A DNA stretch of 64,000 nt from Dimorphilus gyrociliatus. Lineage: Eukaryota > Animalia > Annelida. The notes beneath the pieces are model-generated. The model was not told the DNA's origin. It did no database searches and was given only the letters and a program-made list of their open reading frames with translations. The position numbers were made by a program, and so were the translations under genes. Location: assembly GCA_904063045.1 (NCBI GenBank), contig CAJFCJ010000008.1:496001-560000 (forward strand), in the 5' to 3' direction. Below are positions 26,175 through 38,077 of the stretch, in pieces (position 1 is the stretch's first letter; each line of letters starts with the position of its first letter).

Positions 26175-29100
26175 ATGGCCGAAACGATGGAAATCGAAAC
26201 GCCTCTTCCTAGAAAGACAGGTAATTGAACATTTTAGTTTTTTTTTAACTTGGCATTTCGAGGAAATTTAATGAAAACACGTATTACTTGTCTAATAAAA
26301 AGTAGAACGTGCGCTTGCCGGCAAAATATTCGATATTATTATTTATATTACACCATGCATCGATTATAGTCTACCTATTATAGATGGTAGTTATAATATG
26401 TTGCGACCTTCAATCCTCTATGGTACCTGAGGGTCTTAAATCGAAATTATTCAAAAAGGATAGACATATCAAGAAGAGTCAATGAGTCTTTTGGGTTTAT
26501 TGTAAAGGTTCTTTGACCATAATCAAGTATGACGTAAGAGTGAAAAGAAAAAATAAGAGCATGTATGTGTGTTCGATTGTTTGTTTGTTGACTATGTGAT
26601 TAACTCCTGATTTCTAAACGTTGAGTTTAAGTAAATAATCATTTGACAGTTTGCCTGATAATGATTCGAGTAGCTTTGATTTTTACGATTTTACAACCCA
26701 TAGTGAATTTTTTTATTAATAGTCTATTTATTCTTTACGTACGAAGTGGATTCTTAGTAACATTGCTAAAGTTTGTAATCAAGACGAATGAATACAAGAT
26801 GTATAGACCTAGCAGGTTAAAAATACCATTATTTTTATAAGCCATATAAAGATCTTTCCACAACTATAAATATACTTTTCGTATGTTATTTAATCGATTT
26901 CTAATATGAATGCTAAAGCACACGATTCTTCAAATGCTGTAGTTGAATTATGTAAATTATCTTTTTTGAAAGCGTGTTAAGAATATTTTTGGCAGGAAAA
27001 TCTCTTAAAAACTTTAGTATATTTTAGTAATACGAACGAGGTCACGTGACACCGATTTGCTAGTTAATTCAATTTTCATATCCTTTACTAACTTTTTAGA
27101 AATATGAGTATCCTATTTAAAAGGGGAGAGAGAGAAAAAACAATAGAGAAATTTTATTAGAACCAAATTTTCATATGTAATTTTCAACTATCAATAAAGA
27201 GTGATTACCGAACGCTATAGGTCTTATTTCGCACATTACTGCGAAATACTTCTATGTCATGATCGACAAGAGCACATGCATTTTTGAGCTTGCAGGTGTG
27301 TCATGTGTCAGTACGTGTGGCATTGATTCTATCTCTAAACTTACGTCATCCAAAGAAGAGATTACTCACAATAAAGAAACAAAGTCGTAACCCCTGCTAC
27401 TAAGTTTTACTCAAATACGTATTAAAATATATATTTGCATCTTTCTTTGATTTCATCTTCTCTCCATAGGATTCTGACTTGCAATAATTAATAGTTATTA
27501 ACGCTAAACTAATCTGCAACTGTCCTCCCATAAGTGACGTCATCAGTGCTTTGTGCATTCGATCAAGTTATAAATATAAACTGTCTTTACAGTGAAACGT
27601 TTTGCAGTAGCGAGTGCATTATGTTTAGTGCGAACTTAGTGTATTTCCGTGGTATAGTATTTATAGAGATGTACACAGTGTCCTTATAGTCCTTTGCCTA
27701 ATCTATCAGCATTCTCATTTATTAGAAAGTTCTAAATAGAGTATTGCAATCATAAAACAATATACCATTGTATTGTAAGCATATGCACGAAATGCTATAT
27801 CCACAATCCAAACTGTCTAATCATGTTAAGACATTTTTTAGAATTACGTAATCTATTGTTTTTAACGTTTCTTCCAAATATTACAACGCCCTGAGGAATT
27901 CTTTTCGCAAATGAATCGCTCAACGGAACGTTATTTTTTTTTAAACTATTATCATACTTTTTCTCTCAGTTATATTTACACAAACTACCGTACTAAAGTT
28001 AGATGTTGCATTCCAACTATCACGTATAATGGAACCTACGTCTCAACCCTTAGTTTGTATACTTTGCACGCGTTCCTTTTTGTTATAAAGATAGGCGAAT
28101 ATATTTTAATGGCCGTGTTTTGTTCGTTTTGTTTAGTTAAATGTTGATGGAATGTAGAACTCGTATAGATAATCGATTATATTTGTTTATACAGTTGACA
28201 CTTAGCGAATGAAAATTATGTAAGGATAAAGATATAACTCTATTAGAGAATTAGAAATGCTTTGATCAAATTTTTTGCATTGCTTTTACTCGAGACTCTA
28301 CCAGTGTAAACAATAGTCATTCGATGCTACTGGCAATTTTGTTTATTTAACTCGAAGAGAACTCAGCGGTTTTTTTTTTCTGCAGAGGAAAGCGAAGCAA
28401 ACTTAGAACGATTAGAAGAACAAAATCACAACGGCGTCTCTGACCCTCCGGAGACTGAGAATTGTGTGCAAAACGGATCGATAGAAAAGAACGGCTTTGA
28501 TGAACAAGAGGCGACTACGATGAGCCACAAAGCTCCAGATTTGATTGGAGCGGATGGATTAGATTTAGATAGTTCGTCGAAATGCCAGGGTGATAGTCCA
28601 GAATTCTCTTCGACGAACTTTGACGAGCAGGAAAATCGTGATTTTACCGAGAAATTGGATAATATAGCTGAAGTAGATGAAACAGGAGACGGTCGTGCTC
28701 TCCCTCCTACGCCACCCCCTAGCGAAGTACCAGTGACGTACACTGAAGAAACCGTTGATAATATTGACGAAGAAAATGGCGTACAAAAACAAACAAACGA
28801 TATTACGAAAGAGGATGAAATTCAAACGGAAATCGTCGAAGAAATCAAAGATAAATTAGAACATGTAGTGCTCCAAGAAACACACCCAGAGTCTAAAAAT
28901 GAAGCAGAAGAAGTTAAAGGAGAAAATGAAGCGATTGGAGAAGCCGTAGAAAATGATAAAGAAGACGAAAAAATCGTAGAAAAAGATGATGATGAAGAAA
29001 AGAATAAAGAACCGGAAGAGGAAATTAATATAGTCCGCGAAACCTCCTACAATGAAGAGACGGAAATTAAAGGTGAGGTCACAGAGACAACGAAAACTAC

Positions 29101-32100
29101 CAAGGAATGCACTATAACTGATAAGAAAAAAGTTGAAGAAGTTGATGATAACACTAAAATTCAGCGAGAGAGAACAGAAACTGTTAAAACAGTCAACGTG
29201 CAAAAGACAATCGAAGGACCTTTACCTGAAGATTTTGTGCCAGAGTACCCCGCTGAGCACTTTTCGAATGAATTTCCTTTCAATGGGTCTTCAGGCGAAA
29301 AAAGTGAAGATGCCAATGAAAAATCCACAGAGGAACCTAAACTTGAAGAGAGCGAACTGAAAGAGGTTCCGGTTGACGTGAAGACAGAAAAGGTCGAAAC
29401 AATTAAGGAAGAGAATCAAGGTGCCGCAGAAGAAACTGGCACCTTAAAAAAGAAAAAACCTAAATCGATTGGCAAAAAAGGTGGAATACTATCTATTTTT
29501 ACGAGAAAATCAAGAAGGAAGAGACGTTCAACTGTCGTTCACAAGGAAACTATGGCCGATTTCGAGTTGCCAAAAACCGATGACGGTGAGCCGGCTGAAG
29601 ACAATAAAGAAGCTGTCATTGAAGTTACAAATGTAAAAAAAACCAAAGAAGAGAAAAAGCTTGAAAAAGAAATGAAGAAATCTGAAGAAAAGAAACAAAA
29701 AGAGGAAGCCAAAAGACTTAAAATGGAAGCAAAAAAGCGAAAAGATGAGAGTAAATTAAAAAAGAACATGTCTGGTTCAAAAGGAACTTGGAAAATACCT
29801 CAAAATGGAACCGAAGCAAAGGATAAGGAAGGTACTGATGAGAAAGATGAAGATGTAGATGTACCAGAAAGTGTAACAGAAACCGCTACATATGTTGAGC
29901 CTAATCAAAATGACAAAACGGACTTGAAAGAAGAGCCACAAAACTTCAATAAACAAGCTAAACGAGAACTTAGCCTCTTAAAGAGATTTTCGACAAAGAA
30001 AAATAAAGAAAAAGACGTATCTGTAGAAAAGAAGCATGCAACATCCTTGGATAATTCGGCGGTTACGGCAACCGGTGTAGAAGAGCCGGAAATACAAACT
30101 CCGACAAAAGAATACATGGTAGTAGTTGCAATTGACTTTGGAACAACATTTTCGGGTTACGCATTCAGCTTTCTTAACGACCCTGATACAATTCATATGA
30201 TGAGACAGGTAATTATAGTAATAGTATAGTCTAAACCATTAAAAAACTCTTTTGTAGCAAGGAGATCCTGGAATCATCAATCAAAAATGTCCAACAGTTC
30301 TTCTCTTAAAACCAGATGGAGAATTTCATTCTTTCGGATTTTCTGCTCGAGATTACTTTCATAACCTTGAGCCTTCCGTTGCCCAAAAATGGCTGTATTT
30401 CGACAAATTCAAAATGGCATTACATCATGAAACGGTAAGTCTTACGAGTCTTGTTACGATAGTTTCCTCGAGACGTAATTCTGTAAGTTGTATTTGTTTA
30501 GAGCTTTGCTCCACCCTGGACAATCTGCTTAGATTACGCACCCTTATCTAATAACTATTCATTACCATATTTGATTTGCATAACACTATGAAGGGTCGGG
30601 ACAACAGTGTTGTCATCCTGAATTTAGCAGCCAGAGTCCCTTTGTTTGTTTATAAATTTCGGATACTCCACGGCTACTTTTATATATCGTATGTACCATG
30701 TTTATGTGCAGATCGTGAGAACTCTGATCTTAATCTAGCATACCTGATTAAGGTCAACGACGACGCGATAAAGTTCTCTAACGAACTAAACCAGACGCGA
30801 CCCGATTTGTGCCATCTGGTATAGCTTAGAAATTATTCGCCCACATCTTACCCAAACTCCCTAAAAAATATCCCACCAAAAAGTAGAATGTGCAGAAAAT
30901 AAATTTTTAGAGGCAAAGTATTTGATTTCACATTTCCCTTTGCAAATTCGTTCCGCTGACAACCTTACGCGTGTCCATGTATTCTCAACCACTCTCCTAT
31001 ATATCATAGTATACCACATGAAAGGGATAATATTTTTATTCTTTGTCTATTTTCTTCGCTTATTTACTTCTACTTTTCTCTCCTTTCATTCTCACTTTCT
31101 CTTTTATTTTCTCTTTTTCTCGCTTTCTTTTCCTTTCCACTCTCTTCATTCTTACAGTTAAGTAAATTGAAAAAAAAAGTTGCTCTGTAAATGGACTTTG
31201 ATTGCTTTGTAATATTTATTTATGGATAAAATGTTTAAGGTTTAAAAGTCAAACGGTGCTTTGTTTCATACGGAAGGGAGGGAAAGATGTCGAATAGGTG
31301 TGGTGAAAAGTGTCCGGTTGTTATATTGTTCTTACTAGCATATTGTTTTGTTGGTATTTCGCAGCAGATGGTTTTTTTTATATTGATGCTTTTGGATCGT
31401 TTAATGTTTGCTAGAAGGAAAATTACCCAATTTTTCTTTTTGGTCTTTATGCTACTTAGTAATTCATACCCGAACTACCAATTTATTATATATAAAACAT
31501 CTGCAAGAGTACTTTACGCCTTGACCTTGACTGCCTTTACAATGATGGTTCGAATCAGAATGATGTTTTTCTAGCGAAGAGAGAGAGAGAGAGCTTGTGT
31601 AATAAGTGCTTTTTTGCGGTCGATTAGCTATTTGAACGCAGACGCCAACATTTATCGATTACACAATAAAAACGGGGTGCGTTTTGGGAATTAATTTGTT
31701 CTGTTTCTGTATATTTTTCTGCTTATTTTTTTTATCATAATTATTAATAATATTGCGTTTGTTTTCGAACAAAGTAATTCTATTCCGATAAAAAGAGACA
31801 GAGATGTTTTTGTCCTCGTCTTGATGACTGGACTTGCTTTTCTTTTTTTTTCAACTCTTGTAGAATTAATGTATTGTATAAAGAGTGTCGTTGTCTAGAC
31901 TATTTGTTAGCTAATACGATAAGGCCTACACTGAGTTACGAGCTGCGATATGCAATAATAATAGAGATAGATTACAAAAAAGGGAGAAAATAACGACAAA
32001 AGTGACAAAGTGCGTAATGTCACTTACGATGGGTGTAAATTAGGCTGTATCAACTTTCAACTCGTACTAATAAAGCAGAAAATGCGCTGGATATAATAAA

Positions 32101-34612
32101 TACGTCCACGGTTTGTTACGTGATATTTACTTGATTCTATCTTTACTCGGTGGGGCATGTTTGTGAATTGTAATGATAGAATACGCTGGCTTATAGAACA
32201 AACATAAAAATCATCTTTTTTTTTACTCTATCTTTTTTTCTTTCCACCTAGAGCCTTAACTCAGAAACTGAACTCAATGCAACAAATGGAAAGAAGATGC
32301 CTGCTATGACAATATTCGCTCATGCCTTGAAATTCTTTAAGGATCACGTTCTTCAAGTTTGTTATATATTATCTATTTCTTTAAATCTAATTACGTAAAT
32401 GACAAACTTCATAGCTTGTGAGCTAACGCCATCTATTTCTTTTTATAGGAACTAACTGAGTCTTCTTTCACTTCTTTCGAAAATTCGGACATTCGATGGG
32501 TAATTACGGTTCCAGCGATATGGAAAGCTGAAGCGAAGCAGTTTATGCGTCAAGCGGCTTACGAGGCTGGAATAGCCTCGGACGAGGAGCCTGAACAATT
32601 ACTAATAGCTCTAGAGCCGGAAGCTGCTTCCATCTACTGCAGGAAATTGAGACTGCATCAATTAATGCCAGAAAAACCGAACAGGTTCTCGTTATCACCA
32701 AGAAGAAAGAATGAATCACTTTCGAAGAGATTAAATGATACAAGCAATGGGGAAGATGATGTACCTGTAATACCCAATTCTGAAGGTCGATATTAATTTT
32801 CTTATTCAATGTATAAATTATTTTTGCTTCTGCTTGTACTCCGAGCCCCAAGATAGATAGATACGCTTGAGTCAACTCATAAATCTCTAGCGCCATCTGA
32901 CGAACTGAAGAAATCAATCAGATGCCTTGATTGCCCTATTTCTATAACATAGTACGAATGAAATCGTCCGGTGGTGCTCCCGAGTTCCTCAGAGAGTATA
33001 TTATCTATGATTAAAAATGTTTACAGAACAGAGCTTGCCATTACTACTGCAGTCAGATAACGTTGGCAGCCTTGTCAATTGCCCAGGTATTCCAAACTAG
33101 AAAACACCAAACAAATACGCTTCCTTTCTCAAACTAACAACAATGATTCTCAAACCTAATACACTATATATTAGTCAACAGATAATTATTTCTTTTTCCT
33201 CTATCATTTTTTGTTCGAGCTTCTATAATGAAAAGACTCAAACTGATTGCTCAATGTAAACTTATAATTTCCTCAGGAACTAGATATATAGTGGTGGACT
33301 GTGGAGGCGGAACTGTCGATATTACCGTCCACGAGATGCAAGGGAAACACCAAAACCTAACGGAACTATACAAGGCAGTCGGAGGTCCACATGGATCAAT
33401 CGGTAGAAATCAGATACAATAATCGAATATTTTAATTAAAAATTTTTCTCAATTAAAGGAGTTGACGAGGAATTTTATCGGTTGCTGGTCGATATTTTCA
33501 GTGAAGAGTTTTTGGAATTATATAAAGTATTGAACTTTCATACCCTCTTTTCTCATTTAGTTATAATATTTTATTCTGTTTACAGACGAAAAGACCAGCA
33601 GGCTTTGTAGATTTGATGATCAGCTTCGAGTCAAGGAAAAGAGCAGCCAGTCCTTGGAAAGAAAACCCTCTTAATGTACCCTTACCATTCTCTTTTATTG
33701 TACTTTATAAGGTGAATTTCATTATCATAAATTCGAACTCGTTTTAAAAGTGATATACCCTTTAAGTCCTTTACACCCGGTTGTGGAAGTGTCGAAACAG
33801 CACTATTACGCTACAGCAATCCGGACGTGACAATAGTAGAAGGAATGTTGAGATTGACCCCCGAGGCTATGAAGAAACTGTTTGCAACTACGCTACAGAA
33901 AATAAGTGACACAGTAGCAATGGTTTTGGAAAATCCAGCTCTACCAGGTACACAAAACAAATAAAACATAGCTAATTGAACTTGCTCTAATGAAATACTA
34001 TTGAATTTAGATATCAAATATATGTTCCTCGTGGGCGGTTTCGCTGAATCGGGACTGCTCCAGCAACACCTAAAGGATCGGTTTACGCCCAAAGTCCGAA
34101 CAATCATACCGCAAGATGTTGGTCTAACTATTCTCAAGGGGGCTGTTTGTTTCGGCATCGATCCATGCGTAGTTGCAGTTCGAGTTTCGCGATTGACTTA
34201 TGGTGTTGGAGTATTGAATAAATGGGTAAATGGCAAACACCCAGAAAGCAAACGAGTTCGCCGCGACGGTGTTGACTGGTGCATAGATGTTTTCGATAGA
34301 TTTGTCGCTTGCGGTCAATCGGTAGCTTTGGGAGATAGTGTTTTGCGTTCATATACACCCGCAAGCCATGGACAAGCCGAGTGCTTGCTAAATCTCTATT
34401 GTTCGGAAGACGCAAACGCAGATTTTATTACAAACGACGGAGTCCGACATTGCGGTACTCTTCGCCTCTTCCTAGAAGGTGAAAACGAGTCGGATAAGCC
34501 AAGGGAAATACAAGCTAGAATGATCTTTGGCGATACCGAGATCAAGGCAAACGTCATCGACTTGACTTCCGGAAGGTGCGTTAAAGCTAATATAGACTTT
34601 TTGAACAAATGA
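26175..34612 (+). CDS. HSPA12: Heat shock 70 kDa protein 12 (atypical HSP70) with a roughly 590-aa disordered N-terminal extension, about 1196 aa
   Basis: Exons 26175-26220, 28386-30208, 30258-30434, 32252-32356, 32449-32785, 33277-33402, 33459-33526, 33586-33711, 33767-33947 and 34011-34612 total 3591 nt in frame. Motifs [38 protein letters not shown] and LVGGFAES. An upstream in-frame ATG at 25938 makes the start ambiguous. Confidence 0.9.
27041..27050. promoter_or_regulatory. Palindromic CLEAR/USF-type E-box in HSPA12 intron 1
   Basis: GTCACGTGAC; a perfect CRE (TGACGTCA) lies at 27535-27542 in the same intron. Confidence 0.35.
30809..30822 (-). promoter_or_regulatory. CTCF-like motif in HSPA12 intron 3
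   Basis: Minus strand reads ATACCAGATGGCAC. Confidence 0.4.
31578..31593. repeat. (AG)8 microsatellite in HSPA12 intron 3
   Basis: Read directly from the sequence. Confidence 0.8.
32888..32902 (-). promoter_or_regulatory. CTCF-like motif in HSPA12 intron 5
   Basis: Minus strand reads CGTCAGATGGCGCTA. Confidence 0.45.
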
Positions 34613-35414
34613 ATGTATATGTAGTAGCCTATTATTATCTGTTTGGTCAAATTTTTTGATCCACTACTGCATTTAAAAATCTACTGCATTAACTTTTTGT
34701 TTGATAAAGATTTTTTTCAAGTAAGATTTCAACCATTTTTGCAATAACCTTGTATTTATTTTCTACTAATACCATTCATTTTTAAATTAACGAGTTGTCG
34801 AATAAATTAGAAGTATTTGATAAAAGAAAATAAGACTTTTAGAAAGAGAATAAGTAATATAGGATAGAAAAAATTATAAACAAAAAACAAAAACAACCTT
34901 TTCTAAGAATTTTAAAACACGATTAAAACTGTTTGATCAAACAGAAAATGAAATTTTTTCTATTGCTACTATCAACTTGTAAACGCTTCAAATCTTTATA
35001 CGTGTTGAATATTAATATTATTTTTGGCTTCTTTACAGTTTGTAATATCCTAAGTCTTAAATTTTTGCAGTTTGTTATTTTCTTTTACTGCGTATACAGT
35101 ATTGACCATTTTTTTTCTTATTAATGTATCATTATCTCCTTGTCTTGTAAACTATTTAAAGTATCAGTATGGAAAACTCGCGAAAATAGTTAGAATAAAA
35201 TTACTTAAAAGAAAGAAAATTGAATATTCAACTAGAAAAAGGCATGACATTTTCTATACAATTGTATTTGAAATGAATGATAATGAACTAGACAAATAGG
35301 AAGAAAAAGAGAAAGCCTGATGATTCTTTATTGTTTTATTCAGATTTTTTTCCTTCATAATATAACGATTCAGCGGATATATTTATTATTTACGTAGTTT
35401 TCTCTTTATGTGTA

Positions 35415-35429
35415 TCTCTCTCTCTCTCT
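35415..35429. repeat. (TC)7 microsatellite
   Basis: Read directly from the sequence. Confidence 0.75.
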
Positions 35430-36254
35430 GTCTTTCTCTATCCTCCTCTATAAACATGTTTCTATACATTAAATTTCTTGGCACGAGACATCTATGACGA
35501 ACGTAAGCAAATTGATGTCAAAAGCAGTAAAGCTCTTTAGAGGTTGAATGAACGAATATTTCCTTTCCTTATCTTCTTCGCTACTTCTCCTTTCTCTATT
35601 CCCTATTAGTTATTCTTTTTTTATTACAATTTAATAACAGAAAGTAAAAAACTAATTCTAATTTAAAGACTTTTCTTTAGATTTCTATATATTCTCTATA
35701 GATTTTTTTTCACTCTAGTTTGTCATTTGATGCTTAATTACGTGAACATTTTGAAACATAAACCACATTTTGACTTTAACAGTAACGTTCTTATTATAAA
35801 GGGAATAAAAATTGGCTAAGTGGCTATATCTTTTGTTACTGATAACTGATCTTTAAAAAAGACTTTCATAGAAAAATTACAAAATTACCTACAGTTTCAT
35901 TCTTTGACTACTCTTTTATTTCGGTCTTTTCTCTTTCATCTCTTCTCTTTCTTCTCCCTTTTCCCCCCTCTCTCGTCTTCTCTTCCTACAGGTTGTCCTC
36001 TTTTCAATAAAAAAATATGAATACAGCACAAACCGATCAATATTTATCCATTATAGAATTTGTACTATTACAATTATAGGTCTTTTTTTCATAGGGGTAT
36101 TACCTCTTAATAGTTTTTAATAGCCAATCAATCCATTGTCGATTGTTGACACGAATACAAGCGTGTTTGTTCGTTAACAGCAATAAAGCGAATGATGCGA
36201 GAGATAATGCTTTCTCTCTCTCCTTCCTTTTTTTTCTACACTTTTAATCTCCTT

Positions 36255-36269
36255 CGGCTAGATGGCGCA
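36255..36269 (+). promoter_or_regulatory. CTCF-like motif downstream of HSPA12
   Basis: CGGCTAGATGGCGCA. Confidence 0.45.
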
Positions 36270-38077
36270 TTGTGTAAATATCTTAAGAGACTAAGCATCT
36301 ACTTCTGAAACGGCCATAAATCTTATAACAGATTGCTGATGAACTCGAAATCAACGTGTTGTTTCGAATCTTTGACTATACCCAGAATCTACCGGAAACA
36401 TGTTTTCTGTACGTTTCCGGCTCCACCAAGCCGTTAAGTACCTCTTCAAGGTCTTCGATCCGATTGGACAACTGCAGATGCGAAAAATTTCAGTCTCCTT
36501 CTAATTACGTCTGAAGGATCTAAATGGAAAGCAGGCAGGGATCCGTCAACTACTAAACCTTATCGACCGTCTACGTGAGGGGGTTTAGAAAGTTTTGTTA
36601 GCGCCAACCGGCAAAGAACTATTTTCAATGTGTTAACGGTTTATTGATAGCGAATTGTATTTATTAGGCTACAGGGATAGGATAGTAGGACTGTTCAGAG
36701 GAAATGATAAATCCGATATTCCATTCTCTCTAAGCTTGAGGGAAATAGAGAGAAACCCAATAGAATTTTAAAAGCACGTCTAATAATACTATCACATTCT
36801 TGCCATGTTAACACCTGTTGCTGTAGTCGTTCAAATTCCTTCTATACTATTTTTCTTCGTCGTCATTCATTTTTAACCTTCTACTGTCAATTTGTCCAGA
36901 GTTTTCGTAAAAGTTCAAAAATGATCTCTTTCAAAAATGACTAGTTCCAAGGCAAGGAATATTTTTGTTTAAGCTAATTCTTCGGCCTAAATGAACCTTT
37001 ATGGCTTCTTCCACATGCTGTTCTCACGCCAAACACACCCGATTAACAAACTTGGTATCTAATTTAGCGGAAAGAATATCAGGCCTATTGTTGCGGAATT
37101 TTTTTTTTAAACTATTCTCTTTTGAGTAAAAATCTAGCTTTGGTTAGATTTACTGAGCAGCATGTCTAGACAATGAGTACATAACTTAGATGTTCTTTGT
37201 ACTCCTATAATCAAAAAAGAAGAGACAACAGGTGTCGTTTGAGCATTTTTTTCCCTTTCCTCGGTCTCATTGTCCTTCGAAAATTATAGGAAAGGCTAAT
37301 TCAGAGGCCGACAGATGTCTCTACCGAAATTGCGTCCCAAAAGAGGAGAATGGTTGCATCTCACATACGCATAGGCTTAAAGCCTTGGTCTATTAGCCGT
37401 GCAATTCGCTTTTGAAATAAGGCCGTATTAAGGAACAAATGGGCATAAATTTTACATATTCATATTCATCGTTGAGAATATATGTTCATATAGGTGTGTT
37501 CCAACACATGTATATATAAAAGTGTGCAAATATAAAGCAGAGAAAAACCGAACGAATCGATCGATATACGAGGAAAGACGCCGCACTCCACAGCGCGTTA
37601 GGCAGAGCACGAATAAAGGGCGGTGCGCGTATACTATCAACATTCTCCCCTTTTTTTCTTACGAAGCTGAAAACTGTTATAAAAATTTGTCGACAACTAT
37701 ACTCCGACTTTCATATGAACCATGCTTCAAAGCGCCCGCTTGTAGACAGAGAGTATTTCCGCTACTTTTCCAGTTTTTAAGCGTATAATTGTCACGTGAT
37801 TTGAATGCTTATCTATGGGCGTTACTTTTCCCTTCATAAGGGTCACGAAGGGTCGGTTCGTGTAATTTGCATACGAATTCGAACATTCGGTGCGGACGCT
37901 GGGCAGCTGCGCGCTCCTTTATCAATCCCATAATGCTATGCGAGAACCGTTTGCACATGCGCAGTTGTTAGTCTGATCCGTGCTGTACGGTAACTATGGC
38001 GCTTAACTCCGTTCAGATCGCCGGGAACCAGCTCAATTTTACCGCGACTGCTTCTTATTACATATTCGGCCGCTGGA

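Noticed and set aside
30576-30824. 82-aa ORF in HSPA12 intron 3 as a cassette or terminal exon
   Set aside because: The AG near 30710 does not match the phase-0 donor of exon 3 for this frame, and no homology is recognised.
31548-31557. GGTTCGAATC, resembling a tRNA T-loop/B-box
   Set aside because: The flanks do not form a T-stem and there is no cloverleaf. The same applies to GTTCGAATCCC on the minus strand near 63788-63798.
33052-33086. AG/GT-bounded mini-exon in HSPA12 intron 5
   Set aside because: It is 34 nt and gives an immediate stop in the incoming phase. It could be a poison exon, but there is no support.
37024-37035. In-frame TGA in a C-L-A-U context suggesting a CxxU selenoprotein
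   Set aside because: No SECIS-like AUGA/AA/GA stem-loop was found downstream, and a poly(A)-like signal lies too close to the stop. A SECISearch run would be decisive.
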